Source: a virus (lineage: Duplodnaviria; Caudoviricetes). From it: a stretch of DNA of 64,000 bases. Shown here piece by piece: positions 9,848 to 19,630 of this stretch (positions within the stretch are counted from its first letter, which is position 1; each line of letters begins with the position of its first letter). The stretch is from positions 1-64,000 of the IMG/VR virus record IMGVR_UViG_3300012157_000001. One strand, 5' to 3'. Below the pieces are notes generated by a model. The model was not told the DNA's origin. It searched no databases and was given only the letters and a program-made list of their open reading frames with translations. Position numbers and translations under genes: made by a program.

Positions 9848-10810
9848 ATGCCACGATCAAGGCGCCAGCTCGGAGTTGGCCAGCGCCACGGGCATCTGAC
9901 GATTGTTGCCCGAGGCAGACTGAACGGAACCTGGCGCGTGCGCTGCTATTGTGGTGTCGAGAAAGACGTACAATCTGGAACCCTCGGCACAGCGACATTT
10001 TCCTGCGGATGCCAACAGAACATTGGCAAGTATCGGCCAGGGGCGAGGTTCTTAGGTCTGACACTGGTGGCGCGCCTCGGTCGCCGGTGGCGCATGCTGT
10101 GCGAATGCGGAAAGGAGATCATCATCGAGGCGGCGAATGCTGGGCGCCAGCGCTCGTGCGGCTGCCACCTGCGGCGCGCAACCAGAGAGCGCCGCGCTCA
10201 GATAATTGGTAAACGATTCGGCCGCCTCGTGGTCCTTAACTTTCAAGGCACCGATGAACGCAGAGAGGCGCGCTGGCTATGCGTATGCGACTGCGGACAA
10301 CAGAAGTCATGGGTACCGATGGGTTCGTTGAAGAGCGGAAGAACGACCTCATGTGGATGTGCGCATGAAGATGCCTCAAGGCGTCGTATCTTGCCTGAGA
10401 ACCGTTCGCTCACCCCGGCGCAGCGACAACGCAGATATGCCCAGTCAGACCGCGGCATGGCCGCGAAACGCCGGGCTCAGTTCCGCTATGCGCGTCGGCG
10501 GTGGGCATCGATTCGCGGGGACCCCGGCGTGAGCTCTAGTCAATGGCTCTTTATTCAGTGGGCCTACGAGCAGCGCTGTGCGTACTGCGGGAGACGACGA
10601 GAACTAACGCAGGACCACGTTGTACCGCGCAGCAAAGGGGGCCGTCACTCCCCAGACAATATCGTCCCGGCCTGCTGGGACTGTAACTACAAAAAGCGCG
10701 CAAGAACGCTGGATGTGGCGCTTCAGATCCTGAAAGTTGCGGACGCCGACGGGTTCGTAGATAAATGGTCACACGTGGGAAACACCGCGAAAGAGTGCCA
10801 TGATGCGTAG
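9848..10810 (+). CDS. HNH endonuclease (homing-endonuclease-like) with Cys-rich N-terminal repeats
   Basis: CAYCG...DHVVPRSKGG...NIVPACWDCN; three G.RF..L....W.C.C.CG...SCGC repeats; lower GC than neighbours. Confidence 0.85.
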   Translation: MPRSRRQLGVGQRHGHLTIVARGRLNGTWRVRCYCGVEKDVQSGTLGTATFSCGCQQNIGKYRPGARFLGLTLVARLGRRWRMLCECGKEIIIEAANAGRQRSCGCHLRRATRERRAQIIGKRFGRLVVLNFQGTDERREARWLCVCDCGQQKSWVPMGSLKSGRTTSCGCAHEDASRRRILPENRSLTPAQRQRRYAQSDRGMAAKRRAQFRYARRRWASIRGDPGVSSSQWLFIQWAYEQRCAYCGRRRELTQDHVVPRSKGGRHSPDNIVPACWDCNYKKRARTLDVALQILKVADADGFVDKWSHVGNTAKECHDA

Positions 10811-11132
10811 AGTTTATACTTCCACCGCCCACTTCCGGGCTCCGTACGACACGCCTAACGTGAGCTTCGCCGGCTTCGGAGCGGACCACAGTGCGTACGA
10901 CGCGAATCGTTGGCCGCCGGGGCGGAGCTATTGGTCGCCGCACTTTTACCGAGCGCCGTATCAGGCTGGCTACTACCAGTCTGGAGCGCTGCGCGGCTTG
11001 GGAGGAGATCCAACTAGTCCAACCGGTGTCGGAGCGATCATCCTGATCGTCGGAACGATCATCGTAGGTGTCGGTCAGGACTACCTGAAGAAGATGGTTC
11101 GGTCGGCTGACATCAGCGGAGCAGGTCGCTGA
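10800..11132 (+). CDS. Small membrane protein
   Basis: FRAPY/YRAPY, FAGFG, LRGLG motifs, C-terminal TM. Confidence 0.65.
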   Translation: MMRRVYTSTAHFRAPYDTPNVSFAGFGADHSAYDANRWPPGRSYWSPHFYRAPYQAGYYQSGALRGLGGDPTSPTGVGAIILIVGTIIVGVGQDYLKKMVRSADISGAGR

Positions 11133-11136
11133 GGAC

Positions 11137-11394
11137 ATGCCTGCGGCACCGAGCTTCGCCCTGCCGCCGGTGAGCGCCCTGCCACCGGCGGTGCAGCGAT
11201 ACGCGGCCACGGGCACCCCCCCGAGCACGTTTCGGCGCGATCTGGTCACGATGTCGAACCAGATCCCGCGCGTGGCCTACGCGGCGATTGCCGTTGGGGC
11301 GGCGTGGCTCGCATGGCGTGCCTGGAAGAGCTCCGAAGCCGAGCGGAAACGCGAAGGTAGACGCGAGCCCGCAGCCGAAAAGTTGACCGCGTAG
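11137..11394 (+). CDS. Small membrane protein
   Basis: SD GAGGA; single TM followed by charged tail. Confidence 0.6.
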   Translation: MPAAPSFALPPVSALPPAVQRYAATGTPPSTFRRDLVTMSNQIPRVAYAAIAVGAAWLAWRAWKSSEAERKREGRREPAAEKLTA

Positions 11395-11412
11395 CCCGTC
11401 GAGCAGGAAGCT
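11383..11412 (+). promoter_or_regulatory. sigma70-like promoter, probably leaderless transcript
   Basis: AAAAG-TTGACC-N18-GAAGCT, 8 nt before ATG 11421. Confidence 0.55.
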
Positions 11413-11420
11413 AGGGCCTA

Positions 11421-11993
11421 ATGCGTAGGCATGGCCCAGCGCTCGGCATCCTCGGTGGCGCGAGCGCCATTGGCACTGCTGCGCTTGGCACCGACCAGTC
11501 CGACAACATCGACGCGATCACGGAGTACATGACGGCGGTCGCCACGCAGGTGAAGACGACGGCGGCACGGGCGAAGCAGGACGAGTACAAGGCGTGGATA
11601 GATACGGTCGGCTGGTACAACAAGAACTACGATCGGCCCACCTACGACCACGCGCGTAATCTGCGGAACGAGTTCAATGTCGCGAATGCGGTTACCCAAG
11701 CGGAGAAGCAGGCCGTCCAGCAAGTGCTCACCACGGGCCTCACCACTGAGGAGCAGCAAGGTGAAGGGCGCCGCGTAAGTTCCGAAGGCAAGTTCTCTGA
11801 GCAGGAGGCGCCGCCGGTGCCGATGCCGTCTTGGGCCAAGTGGGCGATTGCGGGAGCGGTCGGCGTCGGCATCCTCTACGCCCTCGGCAAGGTCACCACA
11901 TTGGCACAGATCTTCGCCGGCAAGCGCGACAGCAAGGCGGGGCCACCGGGCCATGCACCGAATCCGAAGCGGCGTCGGAGGGCGCGCCGATGA
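11421..11993 (+). CDS. Membrane-anchored protein sharing a domain with 6569..7537
   Basis: DNIDAI..Y...W...G.Y..N....A...R..FN.AN domain; TM; tail APNPKRRRRARR. Confidence 0.7.
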   Translation: MRRHGPALGILGGASAIGTAALGTDQSDNIDAITEYMTAVATQVKTTAARAKQDEYKAWIDTVGWYNKNYDRPTYDHARNLRNEFNVANAVTQAEKQAVQQVLTTGLTTEEQQGEGRRVSSEGKFSEQEAPPVPMPSWAKWAIAGAVGVGILYALGKVTTLAQIFAGKRDSKAGPPGHAPNPKRRRRARR

Positions 11994-12328
11994 AGTACTC
12001 GCGCTGGCGTGCGGACACCGGGGGCTACGACTACTTCGAGGCTGCGGACCGCTTTGGGCTCGGCGACGATCTGCCGGTCCCGAAGCTGTCTGGAGGCACG
12101 GACATCGGAGTGGCAAGCACGGACATCGGTCGAAACCCGATCTCTGGGACTAGACCGGCCGGCAGCGGCCCGACGCCGCAGGGATCGATCATGCCGCTGT
12201 CGCGCCAGGGCCTCTCCGGCGGCCTCTTCGAGGCGATGAACCTGCTGCCCTGGTGGGTGCCGGCGGGAGTCTTTGCGGTGGGCGTAGGCCTCGTGGCCTG
12301 GGAGCTCCGGAAGGGGCGTGCACGATGA
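11990..12328 (+). CDS. Small membrane protein
   Basis: ATGA overlap with previous stop; MKYSRW..GGYDYFE; C-terminal TM. Confidence 0.65.
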   Translation: MKYSRWRADTGGYDYFEAADRFGLGDDLPVPKLSGGTDIGVASTDIGRNPISGTRPAGSGPTPQGSIMPLSRQGLSGGLFEAMNLLPWWVPAGVFAVGVGLVAWELRKGRAR

Positions 12329-12909
12329 GGCGATACGTTGCCAACCGGAGCGACGCACGGTCGGCGGCCGTTTCGATCCGCGAGAAGTTCATCGACGCTC
12401 CGGCGACCACCGAAGAGACGATGCGCTGGAAGTGGCCGCGTGAGATGCAGGAGATCGGCCGTTGGCAGGCGAGCGACGGCGCGATCATGTATGCCTCGAA
12501 CAAGTGGCAGAAGAACCCGAACAACGTGATCGACTACAAGCACGTGGCGGAGGGACCGCAGCGGCTTTTGGCCGTGCCAGGGTTCATTCGTGAGTACCAC
12601 AACACGAGCCGAAAAATTCGTGTGTACGGCCCTATTGTGGAGTTGAACCGCCCGATGCCAGAAGCATTTGCGGTGCTGGCGCCGATCCTCGGCATTCAAG
12701 CGGAGCTCTTCGACGCCGGCACGAACGCCGCACCGGAGTCGTCGGGTGACAGCACGTATAACATCGAGATCGGCAACGCGATGCTCGGGGCTGCAAGGCA
12801 CACGGAGACGGGCCGCACGTTCCTGTTTGTCTACACCGAGAAAGAGGGCCCACTCTGCGTCATCACCGGTGACGAGCTCGACGTCGAGAAGGACGGAATC
12901 GTAGGCTGA
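12325..12909 (+). CDS. Soluble hypothetical protein with N-terminal basic/Asn tag
   Basis: ATGA overlap; MRRYVANR...; ends DGIVG. Confidence 0.7.
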   Translation: MRRYVANRSDARSAAVSIREKFIDAPATTEETMRWKWPREMQEIGRWQASDGAIMYASNKWQKNPNNVIDYKHVAEGPQRLLAVPGFIREYHNTSRKIRVYGPIVELNRPMPEAFAVLAPILGIQAELFDAGTNAAPESSGDSTYNIEIGNAMLGAARHTETGRTFLFVYTEKEGPLCVITGDELDVEKDGIVG

Positions 12910-12910
12910 G

Positions 12911-15286
12911 ATGGCGTACGAGGCGAGGATTGGGCCGTACCCAAAGCCGCGTATGGCGCTCCGTCCGATCCCTTCGTACGCCGGTCTAGGTGTCACGGCT
13001 CCGCCGCCGGTGAGCACGGTGCCGGGACTCCCACCGTCGATCGCGTGGGCACCGAAGAACCTGCCGAAGTTCAATCCCGCGGATTACAACCCGAAAACTT
13101 TCGCGGACGCGCAGTTTACTCGATGGGCGAAACCGGAGATGCAGGCCGGTATCGCATCCGGACGCACTCTCCTCTCACAGAAGCTCGGGATCGCACTGCC
13201 GGCGCTGCCGGCGCTGAACAAAAACGAACTCGTCGATTGGACGACGGGTTACGTGCAGGCCAACGGAGTGCCAACGGATCTGGAGTCCGGCACCAAGATG
13301 GTCACCGCGCTCGCGCACGCGCAGGCGCAGAAACTCGGTGTGCCCCCGGAGTACGTCGCCGCGGCCAACGTCGTAATGAACCCTCCGAAGACGGTCGCCG
13401 AAGGCTTCGCAATGGTGGCGGACCTAGGCGAGGCGTACTTCATGAGGTTCGGCATCCCGTTGCTTCAGAACGAGCTCATGAGCGTGAGCACGAATCTGGC
13501 GATGGTTGCGCAAGCGATTCCGATCCAGTTCGCGATTGCTGGATTCGATGCGCTTTCGGATGGCAAGCTGAGCACCCAGGAAATCGCCGGCATCGCAGTG
13601 CAGGCCGCAGCGTATGCATGTGGCCTCTTGCTGCAGGCTATTGGGATCCCCGCGCCGCTCGGCGCGCTCCTCGCTGGAGTGATCGCTCAGGGCCTGATGA
13701 CCGTCGCCGACGACGTCCTGCACGCGGATGATGCTGACACGCGCGCACGGCGAGAGGCGATTGCGGCACTCGAAGCTCAGCGCCAACAACTAATTACCCA
13801 GTGCGCCACGGCCGCGCAGCAGGTGTGGAACAAGACGCAGGACTACTGGGACAAGGTGCTCGTTCCGATCCAAACGCTCCTCGATCAGCCGCTGGTTGCG
13901 CAGAAGCTGCAGGCCGCAGGCGGCATCCGATACTACGGGCGCAACGTCGTGACGCTGCCGCCCGGCGTCACGCTGCCGAACGCATGGCCGCGCACGAAAT
14001 GGCTCGACTCGTCGATCGTTGCTGCAGCGGCCGATGCGGACAAGGCCGCAAAGGCAGCGGAAGCGCTGGCTGAATCGTACAAGAGTGATTTCCGCAACGC
14101 TGGGCGCTACCGAGCAGAAGCGATTGCGGCGCGCGCAAAGGCGACCGACCTCGCAAAGAAAGCGGCGGCCGAGAAAAAGAAGCCGCTCTACGAGTACGGA
14201 TTCGACTGTCTGTGGTGGGAGGGGGACCTGGTTTTTGACTACCAGCCCGACACGAGGGGACTCCGCCAGTGGTATCCAGCGAACGCGCGACCGTACCCGG
14301 ATGGGTGCCTTTACTTCACGCGGAAAAAGCCGAACACGCAGGCAGGAAAACAGACGTTCGACCAGGCGCAGTGGATGGATGCGAACTACTGGCCGAACCC
14401 AACGCTGATGTGGGAGCGCTGCGCTGTAGCGAGACCCCCGAGCGGATACAGCTACGACCCGCCGAGCTTTCATGCATCGGCAGAGGACGAGGCGCACTGT
14501 CTGCCGACGATGCAGTGGGCGGCGCAAATGCGCATGAACTTCGACGCCTTCAATGTGACGCGCACCATGACCGTGCGGCTCACACCGTACAAGGATCATA
14601 CGTCTGCGGTACGCACGAAGACGGTGACCGTTCTGCCCGGGGCCATGGTCGACGGTAAAGTGAACGCGCAGGCGGCGCTCATGTTTTGGGGTGCGATTCG
14701 GCCGGCGACGGTGTGGTCACAGTACTCCCAGTCCGCCGACGCGCCCGACGTCACGCAATGGAAGGCGTTTGCGTATATCGATCCGTCCGCGATCCAGGTC
14801 TACAAGCAGGACGGCAGCCTGACGGCCAGGCTGAACATCAACGCGGATTACTGCGATACGAATGAGTGGGCGGCGGCAGTACAGACAGCAGCGGCAGCGG
14901 CGGCGCTGGTGCAGCAGGACATCATCCGCACGGTTGCGTGGCAGGTCGGTGCGGAAGAGGCAGCGCGGCAAGCGAAGATCACAAAGGAAGCCGGGGACAA
15001 GGCGGCAGCGCAAACGTCGGCGGCGAACGCGAAGGCCGCCTGGCAGCAGGCTGCGGCCTCGGCGATTGCGCAGCAGGTGGCCAGGGCGCAGCTGCAGGCG
15101 CGAGCGGTCGCGTCGGCGCGCCAAGCCTCGGGGGCATTTGCCGCCGCGACGGCAATGCGCCTCCGGTTCCAAACGGCACAGGCAACGGCCGAGTTCCAGC
15201 GCAAAGCCCTCATCGTCGCCGGGGGTGTCGCAGCGGGCGCCCTGCTGTTTTGGCTGGTCTCCCGCAAGAAGCAAGCGCGGCAGTAG
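12911..15286 (+). CDS. Large membrane protein (791 aa), Ala-rich coiled regions, C-terminal anchor; candidate entry protein
   Basis: Long clean ORF, internal hydrophobic hairpin, C-terminal TM + RKK. Confidence 0.75.
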   Translation: MAYEARIGPYPKPRMALRPIPSYAGLGVTAPPPVSTVPGLPPSIAWAPKNLPKFNPADYNPKTFADAQFTRWAKPEMQAGIASGRTLLSQKLGIALPALPALNKNELVDWTTGYVQANGVPTDLESGTKMVTALAHAQAQKLGVPPEYVAAANVVMNPPKTVAEGFAMVADLGEAYFMRFGIPLLQNELMSVSTNLAMVAQAIPIQFAIAGFDALSDGKLSTQEIAGIAVQAAAYACGLLLQAIGIPAPLGALLAGVIAQGLMTVADDVLHADDADTRARREAIAALEAQRQQLITQCATAAQQVWNKTQDYWDKVLVPIQTLLDQPLVAQKLQAAGGIRYYGRNVVTLPPGVTLPNAWPRTKWLDSSIVAAAADADKAAKAAEALAESYKSDFRNAGRYRAEAIAARAKATDLAKKAAAEKKKPLYEYGFDCLWWEGDLVFDYQPDTRGLRQWYPANARPYPDGCLYFTRKKPNTQAGKQTFDQAQWMDANYWPNPTLMWERCAVARPPSGYSYDPPSFHASAEDEAHCLPTMQWAAQMRMNFDAFNVTRTMTVRLTPYKDHTSAVRTKTVTVLPGAMVDGKVNAQAALMFWGAIRPATVWSQYSQSADAPDVTQWKAFAYIDPSAIQVYKQDGSLTARLNINADYCDTNEWAAAVQTAAAAAALVQQDIIRTVAWQVGAEEAARQAKITKEAGDKAAAQTSAANAKAAWQQAAASAIAQQVARAQLQARAVASARQASGAFAAATAMRLRFQTAQATAEFQRKALIVAGGVAAGALLFWLVSRKKQARQ

Positions 15287-15302
15287 TGCCGTCGCCGAAA
15301 AG

Positions 15303-15332
15303 TTGACGGACGACGCCGTAGGGCAGGAAGCT
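15303..15332 (+). promoter_or_regulatory. sigma70-like promoter
   Basis: GCCGAAAAG-TTGACG-N18-GAAGCT, near-copy of the 11383 promoter. Confidence 0.55.
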
Positions 15333-15342
15333 GAATGACACC

Positions 15343-16110
15343 ATGAGCTACCACACGAACGCTGTTCTCGATCCTCTTCCTCGCCTGGGTCGCCGCTCGG
15401 TAGGCATGGCCGGCTTCGGTGCGTTGGGGCTTCTCGGTCTCGGTGCGACGCCGAACATAACGCTCGTCGGCAACATCGCCGCAGTCGCGCGGAAGTTTCC
15501 GAATGCTACGGACGGAGAGGTCATCTACCTCGCCGTCGCGGGAACTCCAGGGCTTACTCCGGCAGAGATTCAGGCGATCACGCCAACCCTGCTAGGTAAG
15601 CTGGTTGCCATCGCGCGCGCGAATCCGACGTACTCGGCGCAGCAGGTGTTTCAGGGAACGCTGGTCAAACTGTCGGAGCCCACGATGGCGAGCCGCGTGG
15701 CCGTCATGACGAAAAAGGCAGGCCCGGTTGCTGGAGCATTCCTCAAGGCGTGCATGCTCGACCCGGTCGGAAGGCGCGACACGAATGAGTGCTACGCCCT
15801 TGCGGAGAAGCAGGTCGGTTCGCTCCAGGGAGATCAAACTCTCTTCTACAACAACTGCCTGTCGCAGAAGGCGTCGGACGTGCCGGTGGTGGTCCAACAC
15901 AATGCGTGCCTTGCGGAAGCAAAAAAGCTGTCGACCGGACCGGGACCCGCACCGACGGTGACGGCACCGTTCACTCCGCCGCCCGAGCTTACGCAGCCGG
16001 TCGACGAAGGCGGCGCTCCCATGTCGAAGTGGGTTTGGATCGGTGGCGCGGTCGCGGTTGCTGGTCTCGCTTACGTCCTTCTGAAGAAGCCGGCGCCCGC
16101 GCACGCTTGA
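15343..16110 (+). CDS. Membrane-anchored protein with Cys pairs
   Basis: MAGFGALGLLGLG motifs; Pro stalk; TM + KK. Confidence 0.7.
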   Translation: MSYHTNAVLDPLPRLGRRSVGMAGFGALGLLGLGATPNITLVGNIAAVARKFPNATDGEVIYLAVAGTPGLTPAEIQAITPTLLGKLVAIARANPTYSAQQVFQGTLVKLSEPTMASRVAVMTKKAGPVAGAFLKACMLDPVGRRDTNECYALAEKQVGSLQGDQTLFYNNCLSQKASDVPVVVQHNACLAEAKKLSTGPGPAPTVTAPFTPPPELTQPVDEGGAPMSKWVWIGGAVAVAGLAYVLLKKPAPAHA

Positions 16111-16170
16111 GCGCCGCCGTACGCGCCGTGCATGTTGGCGAGGATCCAGCAGAAAAGATGCCGGGTCGCC

Positions 16171-16209
16171 GGCCTTCCCCGAGCCCGGGGAAGGCCCCTC
16201 GTTTTTTTC
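16171..16209 (+). terminator. Intrinsic terminator
   Basis: GGCCTTCCCC/GGGGAAGGCC 10-bp stem followed closely by a T7 run. Confidence 0.65.
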
Positions 16210-16220
16210 TTGCACAAAAG

Positions 16221-16249
16221 TTGACCGAATTTTCGCCGATCGGTAGCTT
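16221..16249 (+). promoter_or_regulatory. sigma70-like promoter of the core/capsid operon
   Basis: AAAAG-TTGACC-N17-TAGCTT directly after the terminator. Confidence 0.6.
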
Positions 16250-16326
16250 GACGATCGTCACGTAGGTTCCAGCCGACTTTCGAGGCCGCTGGGCAGTCCG
16301 CGAGATGCGCGGAGGTATGCCCGAAG

Positions 16327-18567
16327 ATGGCCAGAACAATCGGCAAAGCGTTCAAGATCGGAAAGAAGCAAGTACGGTCGTACGGCTATGCCTCGCCGAA
16401 TCGAGGCACGTACAAGCCGAACGCAGGCGTGACCGCCATCGCCGCCGTGAACGGCCGCGGCGCCCACGGGAAAAACCGCAGCAGGAGCGCGCGCTCCGCG
16501 ATGAATGGTCTCTCTCGGACGCAGCGGCTCGATCGTGCACGAAAGATCACGAGCTCAGGTCGCGCGGCGTTCGCGCGCCGCATGAGCGCGAGCATGCGCT
16601 CGAACGCCACGCCCGCGCAGATCGCGACGGCGCGGCAGAACATTCGCGCCGCCATCGCGGCTCGGAAGTCGCATCGACGCAACCGGAAGCACCGGCGCAA
16701 TCAGGCGCCGGTCAAAACATCGACTCCTGCCACGACGGCAAACCGCCGCGGCAAACGGCCCTCGAAACACAAGGCCAACTCTCGGAGGAAAAAGACAATG
16801 AGAACCCATCGTCGGAACTTCAGCGCGAAGCAGCGGGCAGCGGCCCTGCGCAATCTCGCCAAGGCACGCCGCGCGCGTCGTCATTCGCCGAATCGGCGTG
16901 GCGGACGGAAGGCCCGCCGCAACGGGCTCATGTCGAACCGGAAGCGTCGGCATCGCCGGAACAACGGCGTGGCCGCTGCGGCTCCGGCGCAGACGGCGAA
17001 CCGGAAGCGTCGGCATCGTCGGAACTTCAGCGCGAAGCAGCGGGCAGCTGCCCTGCGGAATCTTCGCAAGGCGCGCGCAGCGAAGCACCGTCCGAACCGG
17101 AAGCACCGCGCTCGCAAGAACGCGCGTCGTCGTACGCACCGCCGCAACGGGCAAATGGCGAACCGCCGTCATCGCAAGAACGCGCGTCGTCGTACGCACC
17201 GCCGTAACTTCACGGCGAAGCAGCGTGCCGCGGCTCTGCGCAATCTCCGCAAGGCGCGTGCAGCGAAGCACCGTCCGAACCGGAAGCACCGTCGCAACGC
17301 GCGTCGGCGTCCCCGCAAGAACGCGCGTCGCCACCGCCGTAACATCCGGATGGCGACGAACCGCCGTCACCGGAAGAACAGCCGTCGGCGTACGCACCGC
17401 CGCAACTTCACGGCGAAGCAGCGGGCAGCCGCCCTGCGCAATCTCCGCAAGGCGCGTGCAGCGAAGCACCGTCCGAACCGGAGGCGTCGCACGCGGAAGA
17501 ACGCGCGTCGTCGTACGCACCGTCGCAACGGGCAGATGGCGAACCGCCGTCACCGTCGCAACGCGCGTCGGCACGGCAAGGCGTTCCGGAAGAACCAGTT
17601 CATGGCGACGGCCATGGCGGTGATGAAGATCGGAACGGTCACGACCCTCGGCTTCCTCGGCCACAAGCTCGCGACCAAGCTCTTCACGGACAACGTCGTC
17701 GACAAGATCTTCGGATCTTCGGGTGTCGTCACGCCGCCCGCACCGGCGGCAACGAGCGGCCTCGAAGCACTGCAGCCGTACCGCACCATCATCGGTGGCG
17801 CGGCGATGGCGGCGCTCGGCATCTGGGCGACCAACCGGTTCGTGAAGGATGTGCGCGTCAAGATGTTCGTGACCACGGGCATCGCGACGTCGCTCATGCA
17901 CTCGGTCGCGGTGTCACTGCTCGCGAAGTTCACGCCGCAGTACACGGGCTACCTCTCGGGCCACGACGCCACGGCGGTTAACCTCGCCGCGATGTACGGG
18001 CTCGGCGGCGGCGCGAGCATCATGCCGGAGTACCACCCGATCGGTTTCGGTGAGTACTTCGCGCAGAACGGTCTGGGCGAATACTTCGCTCAGAACGGGC
18101 TCGGTGAGTACTTCGCGCAGAACGGTCTGGGCGAATACTTCGCTCAGAACGGGCTCGGTGCCTACACCGGCAACCCCGACCTGATGCAGGCGGCGGCCGG
18201 TTACGGTGCGCTCGACAATCCGAACTCGAACATCATCGATCCGGGCAGCGACCTCGATCGGCAGCTCTCGATCGCCGAGGCAGCCGCGGGCGTCGGTGCA
18301 GTGGCTCCTTACGAGGCGGCAGCCGGCTTCGGCCGCGTGCAGCCTTTCGAGGCGGCCGCTGGCTTCGGTCGGGTGCAGCCCTTCGAGGCGGCAGCCGGCT
18401 TCGGCTCCGTCGTGACGGTGCCGCCGACGGCGGACACCTGGATCCCCGGAACGAGTGACGGCGAGCTCTGGGCCGGCACGGTGGCCATCCAGCAGGGCCA
18501 GTCGGCGAACGAGCTGAACAGCGCCGGCATCCTGGAGACCGGTGGCAACCAGGGGGTGTTCGGCTGA
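16327..18567 (+). CDS. Arg-rich protamine-like core protein fused to membrane segments and GxG repeats
   Basis: SD GGAGG; ~420 aa of R/K/H/N-rich repeats (4x RRNF[ST]AKQRAAALRNL), about 3 hydrophobic segments, GEYFAQNGL x4, EAAAG repeats. Confidence 0.8.
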   Translation: MARTIGKAFKIGKKQVRSYGYASPNRGTYKPNAGVTAIAAVNGRGAHGKNRSRSARSAMNGLSRTQRLDRARKITSSGRAAFARRMSASMRSNATPAQIATARQNIRAAIAARKSHRRNRKHRRNQAPVKTSTPATTANRRGKRPSKHKANSRRKKTMRTHRRNFSAKQRAAALRNLAKARRARRHSPNRRGGRKARRNGLMSNRKRRHRRNNGVAAAAPAQTANRKRRHRRNFSAKQRAAALRNLRKARAAKHRPNRKHRARKNARRRTHRRNGQMANRRHRKNARRRTHRRNFTAKQRAAALRNLRKARAAKHRPNRKHRRNARRRPRKNARRHRRNIRMATNRRHRKNSRRRTHRRNFTAKQRAAALRNLRKARAAKHRPNRRRRTRKNARRRTHRRNGQMANRRHRRNARRHGKAFRKNQFMATAMAVMKIGTVTTLGFLGHKLATKLFTDNVVDKIFGSSGVVTPPAPAATSGLEALQPYRTIIGGAAMAALGIWATNRFVKDVRVKMFVTTGIATSLMHSVAVSLLAKFTPQYTGYLSGHDATAVNLAAMYGLGGGASIMPEYHPIGFGEYFAQNGLGEYFAQNGLGEYFAQNGLGEYFAQNGLGAYTGNPDLMQAAAGYGALDNPNSNIIDPGSDLDRQLSIAEAAAGVGAVAPYEAAAGFGRVQPFEAAAGFGRVQPFEAAAGFGSVVTVPPTADTWIPGTSDGELWAGTVAIQQGQSANELNSAGILETGGNQGVFG
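18049..18156 (+). repeat. Coding tandem repeat, 4 x 27 bp arranged as 2 x 54 bp
   Basis: GGTGAGTACTTCGCGCAGAACGGTCTG alternating with GGCGAATACTTCGCTCAGAACGGGCTC. Confidence 0.9.
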
Positions 18568-18718
18568 GCTGAGCCGGACCCTCTCGCTCTCGGCCCCAGA
18601 GCCTCCCGGAGAACCGGGGGCCTGGGGCTTAGGGCGTTGCAAGGACCCAAGAGCATCTAGCTCGAAAGAGGAACGAGCCTCTTTAAAAACGGGAAGTCCT
18701 GGCAAGGAAAACAAGAAC

Positions 18719-19471
18719 ATGGCCAAAGTGGTTTCAATTCGTGAGCGCGTGCACCAGCCCTTCTGGGATTCGCTCATCCGCACTGCCGGTCTCACCTCCG
18801 GCGCCCTCAACGACACGACGTCGCTGTTCACCAGCAACGGCTCGCGGTCCGAGGCCACCACGAACCTGATCAACGGCAGCACGCTGCCGTCCGACCAGTC
18901 GCACGTGGTGCTCGCGCTCCGCGTGTTCAGCTGGTACCGCAACCCGATTCTCCGGGCGGCGGGCGGCGTGGCTGGCGAGATCTCCGAAAACGGCGACTAC
19001 GGGACGCTGACCCCGTGGCTCATCGGTGGTCCCGGCGTCGGCCAGGCCCCGGCGAACATCGAGGACATCTACCGCCTGCACTGGCAGACGGAAGAGCAGC
19101 TTCACTGGAGCTTCGGCACCGGTCTGAAGAACTCGATCGACAACGTCCCCACGTGGTACTTCCCCGCGGGCGGCGGCATCAGCGGCGACATGGGCGCTGC
19201 GACGGACCTCATCCACTGGCAGAACAGCGGATGGGACGGGCACTCGGGCATCCTGCGCCTCGCGCGCGCGATCCTGATCCCGCCCCGTCAGAACATCCTC
19301 TGCCAGGCGAAGATCTTCGCTCTCCCCGACGCGGGGCAGGCGCAGACCTTCCTCACGTCGCAGGGCTCACGCAACATGCTGTCCCTCAAGGACAACTTGA
19401 ACGCGGTCGACGCGGCGCAGAAAGTGATTACGTTCACTTTCGACGGTTTGTTCTCAAGAGATGTGCAGTGA
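18719..19471 (+). CDS. Putative major capsid protein (possibly single jelly-roll)
   Basis: SD AAGGA; 250 aa, soluble, beta-like, strongly C/G-ending codons, directly after the core protein; fold not verified. Confidence 0.5.
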   Translation: MAKVVSIRERVHQPFWDSLIRTAGLTSGALNDTTSLFTSNGSRSEATTNLINGSTLPSDQSHVVLALRVFSWYRNPILRAAGGVAGEISENGDYGTLTPWLIGGPGVGQAPANIEDIYRLHWQTEEQLHWSFGTGLKNSIDNVPTWYFPAGGGISGDMGAATDLIHWQNSGWDGHSGILRLARAILIPPRQNILCQAKIFALPDAGQAQTFLTSQGSRNMLSLKDNLNAVDAAQKVITFTFDGLFSRDVQ

Positions 19472-19478
19472 CAGTCCA

Positions 19479-19630
19479 TCGAACGTGAAGACGTTCGACA
19501 TTGCAGCATGACAAGGGAAGTGGTCGCGAGGAAACCAGGACGCCTCGCGACCACCACCCCCACCCTCCCGAAGAGGTGGGGCCGACTGATGCGTACGGCG
19601 CGCTTCGCCGGTACTCCCACTGGGAGGTAG
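19479..19630 (+). other. Multi-hairpin intergenic RNA structure
   Basis: Stems TCGAACGT/ACGTTCGA, GTGGTCGCGAGG/CCTCGCGACCAC, CCCCAC/GTGGGG, and CTCCC/GGGAG over the SD of the next gene. Confidence 0.55.

Noticed and set aside
12911-15286. Tape-measure protein of a tailed phage
   Set aside because: Ala-rich, but has a C-terminal TM anchor and no neighbouring tail tube, chaperone or baseplate genes
18049-18410. 27-bp and 36-bp tandem repeats as a CRISPR or DGR element
   Set aside because: In-frame coding repeats without spacers; no reverse transcriptase in the window
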